IMG/VR virus record: IMGVR_UViG_3300025030_000118
Span: 1-58,921 of that record
Reading direction: 5' to 3' (one strand)
Length of the DNA: 58,921 bases
Source: a virus
Lineage: Duplodnaviria > Caudoviricetes
How positions within the stretch are numbered: position 1 is the stretch's first letter; each line of letters begins with the position of its first letter. Positions 30,885-41,382 of this stretch are shown here, piece by piece. A program made the translations under genes and the position numbers. Below the pieces are notes generated by a model. The model did not search any database. It was not told the origin of the DNA and worked only from the letters and a program-made list of their open reading frames with translations.

Positions 30885-31919
30885 ATGAGTATATTTAATG
30901 ATTTTAGACCACAAAACTTTAGTGAAATAATAGGACAAGATAACAATATATCTATATTGAAAAAGATAATAAAAGATGATAAAAGAGTGAATACGTTTAT
31001 TTTTTACGGATCTAGAGGAACTGGTAAAACTACAACTGGTAGATTATTGGCAAGAATGTATAACTGTACTTCACCTAAAAAAGACATAGAGCCATGTAAC
31101 GAGTGTGTTAACTGTAAATTATCAATAGATGGAGGACATCCTGATATTTTTGAGATTGATGGAGCTTCTAATAGAGGTATAGATGATTCAAGAAAAATCA
31201 AAGAAATATCTGAATTCAAACCAAGGAAGGGAATTAAAAAAATATTCATAATAGATGAATGTCATATGCTTACAAAGGAAGCTTGGAATTCACTATTAAA
31301 ACTATTAGAGGAACCACCATCTTATTGTATTTTTATTTTATGTACAACTGAAGTTTATAAAGTAATCGATACTATATTTTCAAGATGTTATAAAGTAGAA
31401 TTTAAAAAAATTAATAACAAAGATATAAAAGATACTTTATATAATATCATAGAAAGATATAAAACTTTATATAAAAAAGATGTGGAAATAGATAGTGATA
31501 TAATAGACATTATGATTGACTATTCTAACGGATCTCTAAGAGATGCATTAGTTGCTCTTGAAAAAGCAATTGATGCAAAAGAAAGCGGAAAAGTAGATAT
31601 GAATTCGCTTTTTGATATGGTTAGCGTAGATAACATGAATATATTTTTAAACATATTTAAAAATAAAGATGCTAGTGCTTTTCTCACTTTTTTAGATCAA
31701 ATGTCGGGGACATATACTTTAGAGAAAATAAGAATATCTTTAATGAGGTATTTTAAAGATTTATTTGTAAAGAAAATAAAAGATAAGGAGGATATTGGTA
31801 TTGATATAACATATCTGAGAACCATATTAGATACACTGATAAATATAGGTTTTTTAGGTAGTGATTATCAATATAGAGTTAAGTTTGAGATAAAATTATT
31901 AAATCTATTTATGGATTGA
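30885..31919 (+). CDS. dnaX: DNA polymerase III clamp loader gamma/tau subunit (short form)
   Basis: RPQNFSEIIGQ, GSRGTGKTT, PCNECVNC, EIDGASNRG, IIDECHML, LEEPP, SRC. Confidence 0.92.
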   Translation: MSIFNDFRPQNFSEIIGQDNNISILKKIIKDDKRVNTFIFYGSRGTGKTTTGRLLARMYNCTSPKKDIEPCNECVNCKLSIDGGHPDIFEIDGASNRGIDDSRKIKEISEFKPRKGIKKIFIIDECHMLTKEAWNSLLKLLEEPPSYCIFILCTTEVYKVIDTIFSRCYKVEFKKINNKDIKDTLYNIIERYKTLYKKDVEIDSDIIDIMIDYSNGSLRDALVALEKAIDAKESGKVDMNSLFDMVSVDNMNIFLNIFKNKDASAFLTFLDQMSGTYTLEKIRISLMRYFKDLFVKKIKDKEDIGIDITYLRTILDTLINIGFLGSDYQYRVKFEIKLLNLFMD

Positions 31920-31922
31920 AAT

Positions 31923-32774
31923 ATGAAAATAAATAAGCTTTTAATATTTGATAGTAATTTTCTATTTCATAGATCTAAATATGCTTCATTTAAGAACGAT
32001 TCTGGAATATTTTCTAATACTACTTTATTTTATTTTTTGAATGCTGCTAAAAAAATAATAAAAGAACTTAATCCCAATTTTGTAGTTTTTTGTTGGGATA
32101 GTGGATCTAAAATTAGAAAAGAATTATATCCAGAATACAAAGAAAATAGAAAAGGACTATCTGATACAGATAAAGAACAAATGGATATAATTAAGGAAGG
32201 ATTAAATGTATTAGGATTTAATCAAATAATTATATCAGGAGTAGAAGCTGATGATTTAATTTATAGTATTATTGAAAAAGTAAAAAATGATAAAATAGGG
32301 ACTATAGTATATACTAGTGATAATGACTTCTATCCTCTTTTGAATAATAGAGTTATTATCTATTCACCTACTAAAGATAAAAAAATTATCAATAAAGAAG
32401 ATGTGGAAAAAGAAAAAGATATTTCTGTAGATAAATTACAAGATATTAAATGTATTACTGGAGAAACAGGAGATAGAATTCCTGGAATAAAAGGAATAGG
32501 TTTTAAAACTGCTAGAGAATTGATAAAGGAGTTTGGATATTTAGATGATTTACTGAATAATATAGATAAAATTAAAAAGTGTAAAATAAAAGATAAAATA
32601 AAAGATAATATTAGTCAGATAATAATGAATAAAGATCTTGTGGGATTTAAGTTTATTGATTTTGAGTTAGATTTAATATATAGAAAAGACTTTAATATAG
32701 ATAGTGTTTATGATTTTTTCAATCAAGTTTCACCAGGATTATTAAATAAAATAAATGATTGGATAGACTTATGA
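31923..32774 (+). CDS. 5'-3' exonuclease / flap endonuclease (Pol I N-terminal-like)
   Basis: RKELYPEYKENR, EADD, SDNDF, DRIPGIKGIGFKTA. Confidence 0.9.
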   Translation: MKINKLLIFDSNFLFHRSKYASFKNDSGIFSNTTLFYFLNAAKKIIKELNPNFVVFCWDSGSKIRKELYPEYKENRKGLSDTDKEQMDIIKEGLNVLGFNQIIISGVEADDLIYSIIEKVKNDKIGTIVYTSDNDFYPLLNNRVIIYSPTKDKKIINKEDVEKEKDISVDKLQDIKCITGETGDRIPGIKGIGFKTARELIKEFGYLDDLLNNIDKIKKCKIKDKIKDNISQIIMNKDLVGFKFIDFELDLIYRKDFNIDSVYDFFNQVSPGLLNKINDWIDL

Positions 32775-33727
32775 TACAAACAAGATTTATAGATTTTAAA
32801 GATAATAATAGTAATATTTATATTATTATTGGAGATTCTTATCTTTCTAAAAAGGTAATGGATAAGATCATAGGAAATAAAGAATATATAAACATATATC
32901 CTAAAGATAATATAACAAGTTATAATTATATGTCTTTCAATTATGAAGTTTATCATAATTCTGAAGATATAGATAAAGATAACTTGAAGAAAATAATTAG
33001 TAAGGAATCCAAAAAGATATTATTAGTATCTAAAGATATAAAGATGGGAAATAATAATATTTTTGGGAAGGATAAAGATAAACTCTTTCCAGATAATACA
33101 TTGGTTGTATTTTGTACTTTTTGGAAAAACGAATTAACAAGTTATGTATATAAAATATTTAACAAGAGAAATATTAAAATATCTTATGTTGATGTCGACT
33201 ATTTTTTAGATAGAGTTGGAAGTGATTTATATACAATAATACAGCAAATAAATAACCTTAATTTATTAAATAAAAGTAAAATTATAAGAGAAGATATAGA
33301 TAAAAACATATCTATAACAAGACAAGTAAACAACTATGAAATAATGGATGCAATATTCAAAAAAAATTATGTTTATGCTTTATCGATATCAAGATATACA
33401 AAATCTTCCAACGTTGGGGAAATAATAGGATATTTAAGAAAAAACTTGATTCTATATATGAATATAAAAGGATGGTCAAAATATAGAAATAATGAATCTA
33501 TATTAGAGAGTATTAAAAAAATGGAAGATATGTATGATATTAAGTTTTATATTAATGATAAGAAGCTTAATATAATATTAGAACATTTAAATGAAATTGA
33601 TATAATTAAGGTATTGAAAGCTATTAACTGGGTTGAATTATTTATGATGAAAGATCAAGATGATATAGATTCATGTCTAGAATATATAATATATAAAACA
33701 ATTGAAATATTATATAAAGCGGATTAG
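32759..33727 (+). CDS. holA: Divergent clamp loader delta subunit (start may be 32771)
   Basis: IYIIIGDSYL, FLDRVGSDLYTIIQQINNL, IIREDIDK, NNYEIMDAI; near dnaX. Confidence 0.65.
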   Translation: MDRLMIQTRFIDFKDNNSNIYIIIGDSYLSKKVMDKIIGNKEYINIYPKDNITSYNYMSFNYEVYHNSEDIDKDNLKKIISKESKKILLVSKDIKMGNNNIFGKDKDKLFPDNTLVVFCTFWKNELTSYVYKIFNKRNIKISYVDVDYFLDRVGSDLYTIIQQINNLNLLNKSKIIREDIDKNISITRQVNNYEIMDAIFKKNYVYALSISRYTKSSNVGEIIGYLRKNLILYMNIKGWSKYRNNESILESIKKMEDMYDIKFYINDKKLNIILEHLNEIDIIKVLKAINWVELFMMKDQDDIDSCLEYIIYKTIEILYKAD

Positions 33728-33771
33728 TTGTTATGTTTGGAACGACTTCTATTGATGTGCCAAAAGATAAC

Positions 33772-34062
33772 TTATGATGATTTACTTTCAGTAATTCTTA
33801 ATATGTTTTCACCTCTAATAGATATATGTATTATTTTATCTATAGTTACTCCATTATTATCAAATGTTTTTTCCAAAGTATATGTTTTATAGTCTTCTTC
33901 ATCTAGTATTATTTCATTATCACTGTATCCGTTTTTGGATATAATCTTTCTAGCAATAGATGGATTATGTTTTTTCACTTTAATTTTTGAATTATGCATT
34001 TCTGGTATATTATTTTTTACCCATTCTTTAATAGTTTTTGTTTCATTCATTTCAATCACCAT
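33772..34062 (-). CDS. Small protein coupled to C25 protease gene
   Basis: Overlaps protease stop. Confidence 0.55.
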   Translation of the reverse strand: MVIEMNETKTIKEWVKNNIPEMHNSKIKVKKHNPSIARKIISKNGYSDNEIILDEEDYKTYTLEKTFDNNGVTIDKIIHISIRGENILRITESKSS

Positions 34063-35044
34063 CTTTTTTAATTTCTATTATTTTTTCCGGATTACCATAA
34101 ATATTAAACTGAAGTATTGTTTTCTTATCTTCTGGTCCTACCATTCCAAACCTATTTATTGTTTCTATTAGAAATTGTTTTTTAGATTCAAAAAATAAAT
34201 TTCCCAAAGATACAGAATTTTTTACAATTTTTGAATAAAATATTTCTCCTAGTAAATCTGATTGTGATGGTGGTGGAAATACTGGTCCATATGATATACT
34301 GGTGGAACAAATTATTGCATCTGCTCCTAATCCTAATAAATGAAGAGGTATTGAGTTAAGTTTATTTTTATTTGATAATTGTCCTCCATAGCAACATTCT
34401 ATATAATAAATAGATCCGTTGGCTGAAATAATATCTGATATTGATAAAGCTATTGGAAATCCATTTTCATCTTGACCAAAATAATTACTTACGTTTTTTT
34501 TACCATGAAGATTAATATGAGAAATATAACAATCATGAATATTATTATTTTTTAATTTATTGTTTTCTTGAGAAGGTGAAGTTAAATAAATTTTAAAATT
34601 AAACTTATTTTGCAAATATTTACTTATTCTGTCCCATCTTAATGCACAATAATTTATTCCAAACTGTTTTTTTGTTGTAGTAGATCTACTATTATTTAAT
34701 ATTTTGATAAAGAAATCTTTATTCCAGTTGTTTTGCTCGTCTGGTATTCTAGATATTATTTTTTCGGAATATAGATAATCAGGAGCAGATGCTGTATATG
34801 CTCCATCACTTTCTATGTATTTATCTTTGTCGTTTACTGGATTTTTTATATTCATAAAAGGAATTATATCAGGTCCACCTACAATCAAAAATATTTTTTC
34901 ACAACTTGTCTGTATATAATTATAAACTTCTTCTTGTTTAACACCATCATTAAATATATGTATGTTTTCAGATATTTGTTTTATATTATCTATAATATCT
35001 GATCCATATTTACTTATTATTTTATTAGAAGTTATTAATTGCAT
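34052..35044 (-). CDS. Peptidase C25 (gingipain-like, clan CD) cysteine protease
   Basis: LIVGGPDIIPF, SDGAY, ISRIP, INLHG (His), ECCYGG (Cys), FNIYGNP. Confidence 0.75.
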   Translation of the reverse strand: MQLITSNKIISKYGSDIIDNIKQISENIHIFNDGVKQEEVYNYIQTSCEKIFLIVGGPDIIPFMNIKNPVNDKDKYIESDGAYTASAPDYLYSEKIISRIPDEQNNWNKDFFIKILNNSRSTTTKKQFGINYCALRWDRISKYLQNKFNFKIYLTSPSQENNKLKNNNIHDCYISHINLHGKKNVSNYFGQDENGFPIALSISDIISANGSIYYIECCYGGQLSNKNKLNSIPLHLLGLGADAIICSTSISYGPVFPPPSQSDLLGEIFYSKIVKNSVSLGNLFFESKKQFLIETINRFGMVGPEDKKTILQFNIYGNPEKIIEIKKDGD

Positions 35045-35052
35045 TTTTTTCC

Positions 35053-35964
35053 TTATAAATTATTTATTATCTCTATAGTCGTTTCATTACTAGTCTTCTT
35101 GTCGGTTAAAAAACCTACACTCATATGTGAGTAGTATATTTGTTGTAATATTCCATATGCTCTATTAAGTCTTCTATTTAACCAATGATATCTTATTCCA
35201 GATATTGTATTGAGATCAGTATTGTTTTCTAAATATGATATATAATTATCTATCTCCCCTTTTATGGCATTAATTGCAGGTAATCTTGATTGTTTTTGTA
35301 AAGGACTTAAAGGCCAATTATATGGTTGCTCTAAATATACAAGTTCAGATCCAAAAAAATAGTAATAGTAATTTAATCCATCATAAAGATTCGTATATTC
35401 TGGAGGACATAAATCTATTGCTGTTTTCAAATAATTATGAGCATTAGTTAATTTAATTTTTTCATTATTTACTGCTGTGTTATAACCTATCTCTCCAGGT
35501 ATTCCTGTATCTATTGCATAATATTCATCTTCTAAATAATCATATTCGCTATCATTATATATTTTATTTTTTATAACAAAAGGATTATATACATCAATTT
35601 GACTATACCATGGCAAAGGATATGGTTTTAGTCCATAATATCCTGATGGAAAGAACGGGTTACCTGTTAAATAAGTTCCCTTTTGTATTTCATATCCACT
35701 ATCGGGATAAGGATCTCCTTCATAGTCTTCGATACCATGACCTTCAAATCCTTTTAAATAACGTCTAGATTCATCTAATGTACCTAAAACATTATTATAA
35801 TTCACAAAAAATTTCTTATATAAAGCTTCTATAGTTAATCTATTTGGTATTGAAGTATTATTAATAAAATCAATACTATCTGATATTCCAGTATCTTGTT
35901 GTTCTAATCCTAATTTATGTTTACCTAGATTAACTAATTCTTCAGAAGTAAAAGAAGGATTCAT
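35053..35964 (-). CDS. Hypothetical Tyr-rich protein
   Basis: 303-aa ORF coupled to upstream gene. Confidence 0.55.
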   Translation of the reverse strand: MNPSFTSEELVNLGKHKLGLEQQDTGISDSIDFINNTSIPNRLTIEALYKKFFVNYNNVLGTLDESRRYLKGFEGHGIEDYEGDPYPDSGYEIQKGTYLTGNPFFPSGYYGLKPYPLPWYSQIDVYNPFVIKNKIYNDSEYDYLEDEYYAIDTGIPGEIGYNTAVNNEKIKLTNAHNYLKTAIDLCPPEYTNLYDGLNYYYYFFGSELVYLEQPYNWPLSPLQKQSRLPAINAIKGEIDNYISYLENNTDLNTISGIRYHWLNRRLNRAYGILQQIYYSHMSVGFLTDKKTSNETTIEIINNL

Positions 35965-36374
35965 TATATTGTTCCTTGTATTTCTTTTATTTTGTTATTA
36001 TATTTTTCATGTTCTAATAATAAATCATTATTATCTTTTTCTATATCTTTTATTTGTTTATTGTATATTTTAAACATATCGGAAGTTATATCAGGACTCA
36101 TAAGTCTATATATTTCATCCAGTGTTTTTTTATTTTCCTCAATTTTTTCTTTTATGTTTTTATTTTTAGATGTATAGTATTCTTCTTCTGCATTAATATT
36201 ATTATTATCATTAACAATAGATAAACTTCCAAAGCTATTAAAAGATACATCATGAGTGCTTAATATTTTTTTAATTAAGGATAAGCTTTCAGATGTATAT
36301 CCTAGATCAATTATTTTCTTTATCTTTTGAAATATCACCTTTGACATTCTTTTTATCCTTTTTCTTTTTATCAT
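35964..36374 (-). CDS. Hypothetical coiled-coil protein (start uncertain)
   Basis: ORF in minus-strand operon. Confidence 0.45.
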   Translation of the reverse strand: MIKRKRIKRMSKVIFQKIKKIIDLGYTSESLSLIKKILSTHDVSFNSFGSLSIVNDNNNINAEEEYYTSKNKNIKEKIEENKKTLDEIYRLMSPDITSDMFKIYNKQIKDIEKDNNDLLLEHEKYNNKIKEIQGTI

Positions 36375-36425
36375 TTTTTTGAATTTGCTCAGAAGGAATA
36401 ATTTTTCCTCCTGTTATTATCTTTT

Positions 36426-37478
36426 TTAACATAATAAATTTCTTTTCTCCTTGTTAATTATTATTTCAAAAATATCTTTTGATTTTTCAATAGATATTTT
36501 TATGTCTTCTTCTTTCATGTTTCCAGGATCTTTAGAGTCGTAGGGTACTATATATATATCACATATGTTTTTCATGTCTTCGATTACTTGATCTCTTGCT
36601 TTATAACCACTATTATCATTATCGAAAAATAAATATACTTTTTCAGTATATTTCTCTAATAATCTTATTTGATTTTTAGATAAAACACTTCCCATAGTTG
36701 CTACTACATTTGGAAATCCAGCCTGTGTTATTTTAAAAACATCGAAAGGACCTTCTGTTAGTATTATACCATGTTTATTAGAATATTTTTTGACCTTGTT
36801 AAGGTTATATAATATTTCATTTTTCTTAAGCCCATAACTATTAGCATACTTTACTGGGTCTTTGTTAGTTACATCTCTTCCAATAATTCCAACTAGTTCA
36901 TCATTATCGTTTCTAACTGGAATCGTTATTCTTTTAGTGTATCTTACCTTTTCTCCGTTTTGTATTATCCAGTTATCTGTATATCCTAGTTCAAAATACT
37001 TGCATATATTTTCTTTAATTCCTCTTTCATATAAAAAAGGATGTCTTTTTCTATATTTTTCTAATAGTAAATTATCTAGAGGAATACATATATTTTTTTC
37101 TTTATTTATTATATTTAGTTTTTCAGATATAATATTTATTGCATTTTTTCTTTTAATTTCCAACATTATATCATCTTCTATATCTATAGATATTTCATAT
37201 TTGTTTTTTAAATACTCTAAGACATCTTTATCTCTTTCTAGGTTTTTTATTTTTTTTATAAGATCTACTAGATTCCCGCCCCCACACGTGAAGCAGTTAT
37301 ACGTACCATCTTCCATATGTATTCCAAAAGATGGTCTTCTTTCCTTTCCTAGTTTATGAAAAGGACAATAAGACTGAATATTATCACTAATAATTTTGCC
37401 AGTAGTTCTTATATCAAGATCTTTTATTAAAAGATCAATATCTATAGCAGATTTTATAAATTCAAGTATTTTATTCAC
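36426..37478 (-). CDS. dnaG: DNA primase (CHC2 Zn finger + TOPRIM)
   Basis: CPFH...PSF...YNCFTC, TEGPFD, FFDNDNSG, KDP. Confidence 0.92.
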   Translation of the reverse strand: MNKILEFIKSAIDIDLLIKDLDIRTTGKIISDNIQSYCPFHKLGKERRPSFGIHMEDGTYNCFTCGGGNLVDLIKKIKNLERDKDVLEYLKNKYEISIDIEDDIMLEIKRKNAINIISEKLNIINKEKNICIPLDNLLLEKYRKRHPFLYERGIKENICKYFELGYTDNWIIQNGEKVRYTKRITIPVRNDNDELVGIIGRDVTNKDPVKYANSYGLKKNEILYNLNKVKKYSNKHGIILTEGPFDVFKITQAGFPNVVATMGSVLSKNQIRLLEKYTEKVYLFFDNDNSGYKARDQVIEDMKNICDIYIVPYDSKDPGNMKEEDIKISIEKSKDIFEIIINKEKRNLLC

Positions 37479-38776
37479 TAGTCATCTATAATCCATTCAT
37501 CTGAATTTGTACTAGTTATTATTACAGTTTCTTCCTCTTTACTTATTTCTCTTATATTAGAATTATCCATATCCCAAGATATTGGTATTATTTTTTTACC
37601 AGGACCTTCTCTGGAAAGCAAGCAATAAAGATGCATTAGTTTATTTTCTCTCATTTCATCACTTTGGTATAATGCCCAGGAAAAATCTAAATACCTATTG
37701 ATTCTTTTAGTAAAACTAACTTGATCTTCATGTGGCTCATGTCTTACTTTTTTTATTTTATCATCTTTTTTTACTTTTTCAACCTCAGATTGCATTTGAG
37801 AAATAAGTACAACTGGCATATTTAATTCTTGTTGTATTTTTTTATTTATAGATAACATTACTTGAGTAATTTGTCTCCATTCATCAAATTTATTACTAAT
37901 ATCAATATGAGATAACTGATCAATAAAAACTATTTGAGTATTATATTTTTCTATACAATATTTTGTGTGTTTGTATATGTCTCTGACGTTACAATCTTCA
38001 TTTACTATTATTAGTTTTCCACCTTCTGTTTGACATACAGATATATTTTTTTCGAATTTTTCAATATCTTCTTCGTTTAAGCTTCCTTTTCTTATTTTAT
38101 CATAAGATATATTAGATAAAACAGCATCTAATCTTCTAGCTATTCTATCTCTTGTCATCTCAAGGGAGAATAATAATACATTAACTCCTTGCTTAAGAAG
38201 ATTATTAATAAGATATAAGGAAAACCAAGTTTTACCTACTTTAGTATCTCCTAGTATTAAATGTAATTCACTCGGCAAAAAACCCTGACTTTCTTGATCA
38301 AAAGATGGGATTAAACTTTTTATACCATTTTCTTTTATATTCAATACATGATCTTCGTAATCTTGTAGTCTGTCTGATTTGTTATACTCAAAATAAACTT
38401 CTTTTTCATCTTGATGTGGAGACATACATTCATATTCTATTTTGTTTAATAAATATGTTTTAATATCTATATTTTCATCTAAATTTTTAATTTTTTCTAT
38501 TATACCATAAATATTAGATAAGTTTTTTCTCCTTATTATTTTTTTCATTATTATATCAATATCTAATGGATCTTCTATTTTATCTATCTGATAGTCCTCT
38601 AGTTCTTTAAATCCTGGAACTTTTTTATATTCTTCCCAATAGTCTTTTATTTCTTTGAAAGCTTTAGAATAATTATCGTTCAAAAATAAACTTTGATCAA
38701 TCTTATATTTAGGACTATCTATTAAATCTGGATTTTGAATTATACAGTTAATTAACATGTTCTCATAATTTGCCAT
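37478..38776 (-). CDS. dnaB: Replicative DnaB-like helicase
   Basis: GDTKVGKT, FSLEM, VFIDQL, LISQ. Confidence 0.88.
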   Translation of the reverse strand: MANYENMLINCIIQNPDLIDSPKYKIDQSLFLNDNYSKAFKEIKDYWEEYKKVPGFKELEDYQIDKIEDPLDIDIIMKKIIRRKNLSNIYGIIEKIKNLDENIDIKTYLLNKIEYECMSPHQDEKEVYFEYNKSDRLQDYEDHVLNIKENGIKSLIPSFDQESQGFLPSELHLILGDTKVGKTWFSLYLINNLLKQGVNVLLFSLEMTRDRIARRLDAVLSNISYDKIRKGSLNEEDIEKFEKNISVCQTEGGKLIIVNEDCNVRDIYKHTKYCIEKYNTQIVFIDQLSHIDISNKFDEWRQITQVMLSINKKIQQELNMPVVLISQMQSEVEKVKKDDKIKKVRHEPHEDQVSFTKRINRYLDFSWALYQSDEMRENKLMHLYCLLSREGPGKKIIPISWDMDNSNIREISKEEETVIITSTNSDEWIIDD

Positions 38777-38792
38777 TGTTATTCCTTTATCT

Positions 38793-39572
38793 CTAAAATA
38801 ATGGTTTTAATTTTTTTATATTATTAGATTCTAGTAGAGATTCGAGATAAAAAGATTTTTCTGTTCTATAATCTATATCTCTTTTAACTTCTTTTTCTAT
38901 TAGTTTACCTTTAATTAAGCTTATAATATTTAGAGCATAAGATGATATATCTTTTATTGGACAGTTTGCAGTAATTATAGTTGGTTTGTTTCTTCTATTT
39001 CTATATCTTATGATATAATCTAAATAGAATTCTATATAACTTTTATCTTTTGTATATTCTCTAGATATATCATCTATAACTAAAAAATCTATTTCTTTTA
39101 TTTTTTCTATAAAATCTCTTGTTTTGTTAGAAAACCTATCATCTAAATAAGATATTATTTCTGACAAAGTAGTAAAGAACGGTTTATATTTTTTAGTTCT
39201 TATTGATTCTTTTAATACACATACTGATAACATTGTTTTTCCAGCACCAAGACGACCCCATAAATAAAGTCCTATTCCATTTTCATATGCTTTATCTATA
39301 CTATTTATATATTTTTTTACTGTGTTGTAAGCATTTTTATCATTGTTGTTTTCTTTTTCGAAATCTTCTAGTTCTAGATAATGATATTCTTCATATATTC
39401 CACAAGAGTTATATATTTTCCTTATTTTTTCCTCAACTACACAATAACAATCATTATTATTGACTTTTCCAGTATTGTTACATTCTTTACAATAGTTAAT
39501 TTTTGAATATCTAATATATTCCGAAGCATCGATTTTATTCATTTTGGATAGTTTTTCAGAGTCAAATTTCAT
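38793..39572 (-). CDS. DnaC/IstB-like helicase loader
   Basis: N-terminal Cys cluster, GLYLWGRLGAGKT, LVIDD, TIITAN. Confidence 0.85.
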   Translation of the reverse strand: MKFDSEKLSKMNKIDASEYIRYSKINYCKECNNTGKVNNNDCYCVVEEKIRKIYNSCGIYEEYHYLELEDFEKENNNDKNAYNTVKKYINSIDKAYENGIGLYLWGRLGAGKTMLSVCVLKESIRTKKYKPFFTTLSEIISYLDDRFSNKTRDFIEKIKEIDFLVIDDISREYTKDKSYIEFYLDYIIRYRNRRNKPTIITANCPIKDISSYALNIISLIKGKLIEKEVKRDIDYRTEKSFYLESLLESNNIKKLKPLF

Positions 39573-40714
39573 TTTTTATCCTCTTTATACATATATGCAT
39601 ATTTTCTCATAATATCGATAGATGGTGGAGTATCGATCCAATTATCCCCAGCTTCTTTTATAAAGTTTTTATATTCTTCATCATTAATCCTACAATCATT
39701 TTTGGCTTCTAGTATTATCCTTACAAACACTTTATGTTTTTTATCTATTTCTCTTTTCTTTTCTTTAAATTCTTCACTAAATAATAATGTTCCGTTCTTG
39801 TATAATTTTATTATGTCTTTTATATTCATTTCTCTTTGAGATATATCAATATCTTCTTTATTGAAAGGAAGATTCCATTCGTTTTTATTTTTATTTATAA
39901 TATTTAACGTCCTTCCAATTTGAGGAAGAGAATAATATTTTAATGTCATAGGTAATTCATCACCATCAAATACCATTCCATCATATTTTTTACTTATTGA
40001 GTCTTCATATACGCCCCTTATACATTTAAAAAGATCTTCTAGTTTTATATCTCCATCATTTTTTAGAAGTTTAGCCTCTCTGAGAGATCTTGAAAAAAAT
40101 GATTTACTTATATCTTTTAGATTGTATTCACTAAACATTCTCATAGATATATCATATAGATTGTAATCTGAAAGTTCTTTTTCAACTGGAGGTGGTACTA
40201 CTATTTGTCTTAGTTCTTTTTTCTCCTGACAGTTTTCGATTGTTTTTGATTCTATTTTAATTTCTATTGGTGTTGGTGTTGGATTTTCTTTACATAAATA
40301 TATTTTATCATTTTCGATATATATCATACCATTAATTTTTTTTATTATTTTTTCTATTCGTATTTCACTTTCATTTATATTTTGAGATATTTCTTTCAAT
40401 GTTAATCCTATTTTTTGTATCCATGTATTATTGTGTTTAAAACCATAATGATATTTAATTAAATTAATTATAATTTTCATTGTTATATTTTTAGTAATTA
40501 TACCAATATAGTCTAATATCTCCACAGGCATTACTATATTATTATTTAGTTCTAATAAATTTAATATTTTACTATCAACAAATATACTATAATTCCATAA
40601 ACTGTTTTTACATTCCTCACAAAACGGTAAATTCATTAAATTAATATTTTCATTATTTTTTACTATAATTTTTTCTTCTTTGGCACCCTTTTTGGAACAA
40701 TTTTTACATATCAT
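39569..40714 (-). CDS. Putative replication initiator (Zn finger + winged HTH)
   Basis: CKNC...CEEC, LTLKEISQNINES; first gene of loader-helicase-primase operon. Confidence 0.45.
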   Translation of the reverse strand: MICKNCSKKGAKEEKIIVKNNENINLMNLPFCEECKNSLWNYSIFVDSKILNLLELNNNIVMPVEILDYIGIITKNITMKIIINLIKYHYGFKHNNTWIQKIGLTLKEISQNINESEIRIEKIIKKINGMIYIENDKIYLCKENPTPTPIEIKIESKTIENCQEKKELRQIVVPPPVEKELSDYNLYDISMRMFSEYNLKDISKSFFSRSLREAKLLKNDGDIKLEDLFKCIRGVYEDSISKKYDGMVFDGDELPMTLKYYSLPQIGRTLNIINKNKNEWNLPFNKEDIDISQREMNIKDIIKLYKNGTLLFSEEFKEKKREIDKKHKVFVRIILEAKNDCRINDEEYKNFIKEAGDNWIDTPPSIDIMRKYAYMYKEDKK

Positions 40715-40744
40715 AATTAATATTCCTTATATATTGTTTTTACT

Positions 40745-40773
40745 ATTATATAATAAAAAAAAGATATTGTCAA
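40745..40773 (-). promoter_or_regulatory. Leftward sigma70-type promoter
   Basis: TTGACA-17-TATAAT on minus strand. Confidence 0.8.
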
Positions 40774-40786
40774 ACCTATTTTGATA

Positions 40787-40814
40787 TTGACAATATAAAT
40801 ATGTATGTTATAAT
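40787..40814 (+). promoter_or_regulatory. Rightward sigma70-type promoter, now firing into the IS
   Basis: TTGACA-16-TATAAT with extended TG. Confidence 0.75.
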
Positions 40815-40968
40815 AGAAGAAAAGAAGGTGTTTTTGTCCTCTTTAACCATTGAGAGAAATTCCCTCCCTTCAGGTAGGGGTTATAAATCAGGGTAAATTT
40901 TAGGGGCTAGAGATTTTGTAAAATACAGTATAATATAGGTAGAGATAATAATTTAGGAGCTTATAAAT

Positions 40969-41382
40969 ATGTATCACTTAGATAAAACAAGTAACTCTGT
41001 TTTTTCTTTATTTTTCCACTTTATAACTGTAGTAAAGTACAGACAAAGGATTTTTACAGATGATACTATAGTATCCAATGTAAAACTAATTATGGATGAG
41101 ATAGCTAAAGATTTTGATGTTTTAATTATAGAACAAGAATGTGGAGAAGATCATATACATATTTTATTCAAAGCTAAACCGACCTTAGATATTACTAAGT
41201 TTATAAATATCTTAAAAGGTCACAGCTCTAGGAAAATTAGAGATAAGTATAAAGATTTCTTAAAGGATAAGTTATGGGGCGATAATTTATGGTCTCCGTC
41301 TTATTTTTTGGCTACTTCAGGTAATGTAACAATAGATATTCTTAAAGAATATATAGATAATCAGAGGTCTTTGCAGGAATAA
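40969..41382 (+). CDS. tnpA: Y1 HUH transposase
   Basis: VVKYRQRIF, EDHIHIL, LWSPSYF, EYIDNQ. Confidence 0.95.
   Translation: MYHLDKTSNSVFSLFFHFITVVKYRQRIFTDDTIVSNVKLIMDEIAKDFDVLIIEQECGEDHIHILFKAKPTLDITKFINILKGHSSRKIRDKYKDFLKDKLWGDNLWSPSYFLATSGNVTIDILKEYIDNQRSLQE

Noticed and set aside
39569-40714. Iteron origin inside the putative initiator
   Set aside because: Only a short TGTTGG repeat encoding PTPTP; no convincing iterons by eye
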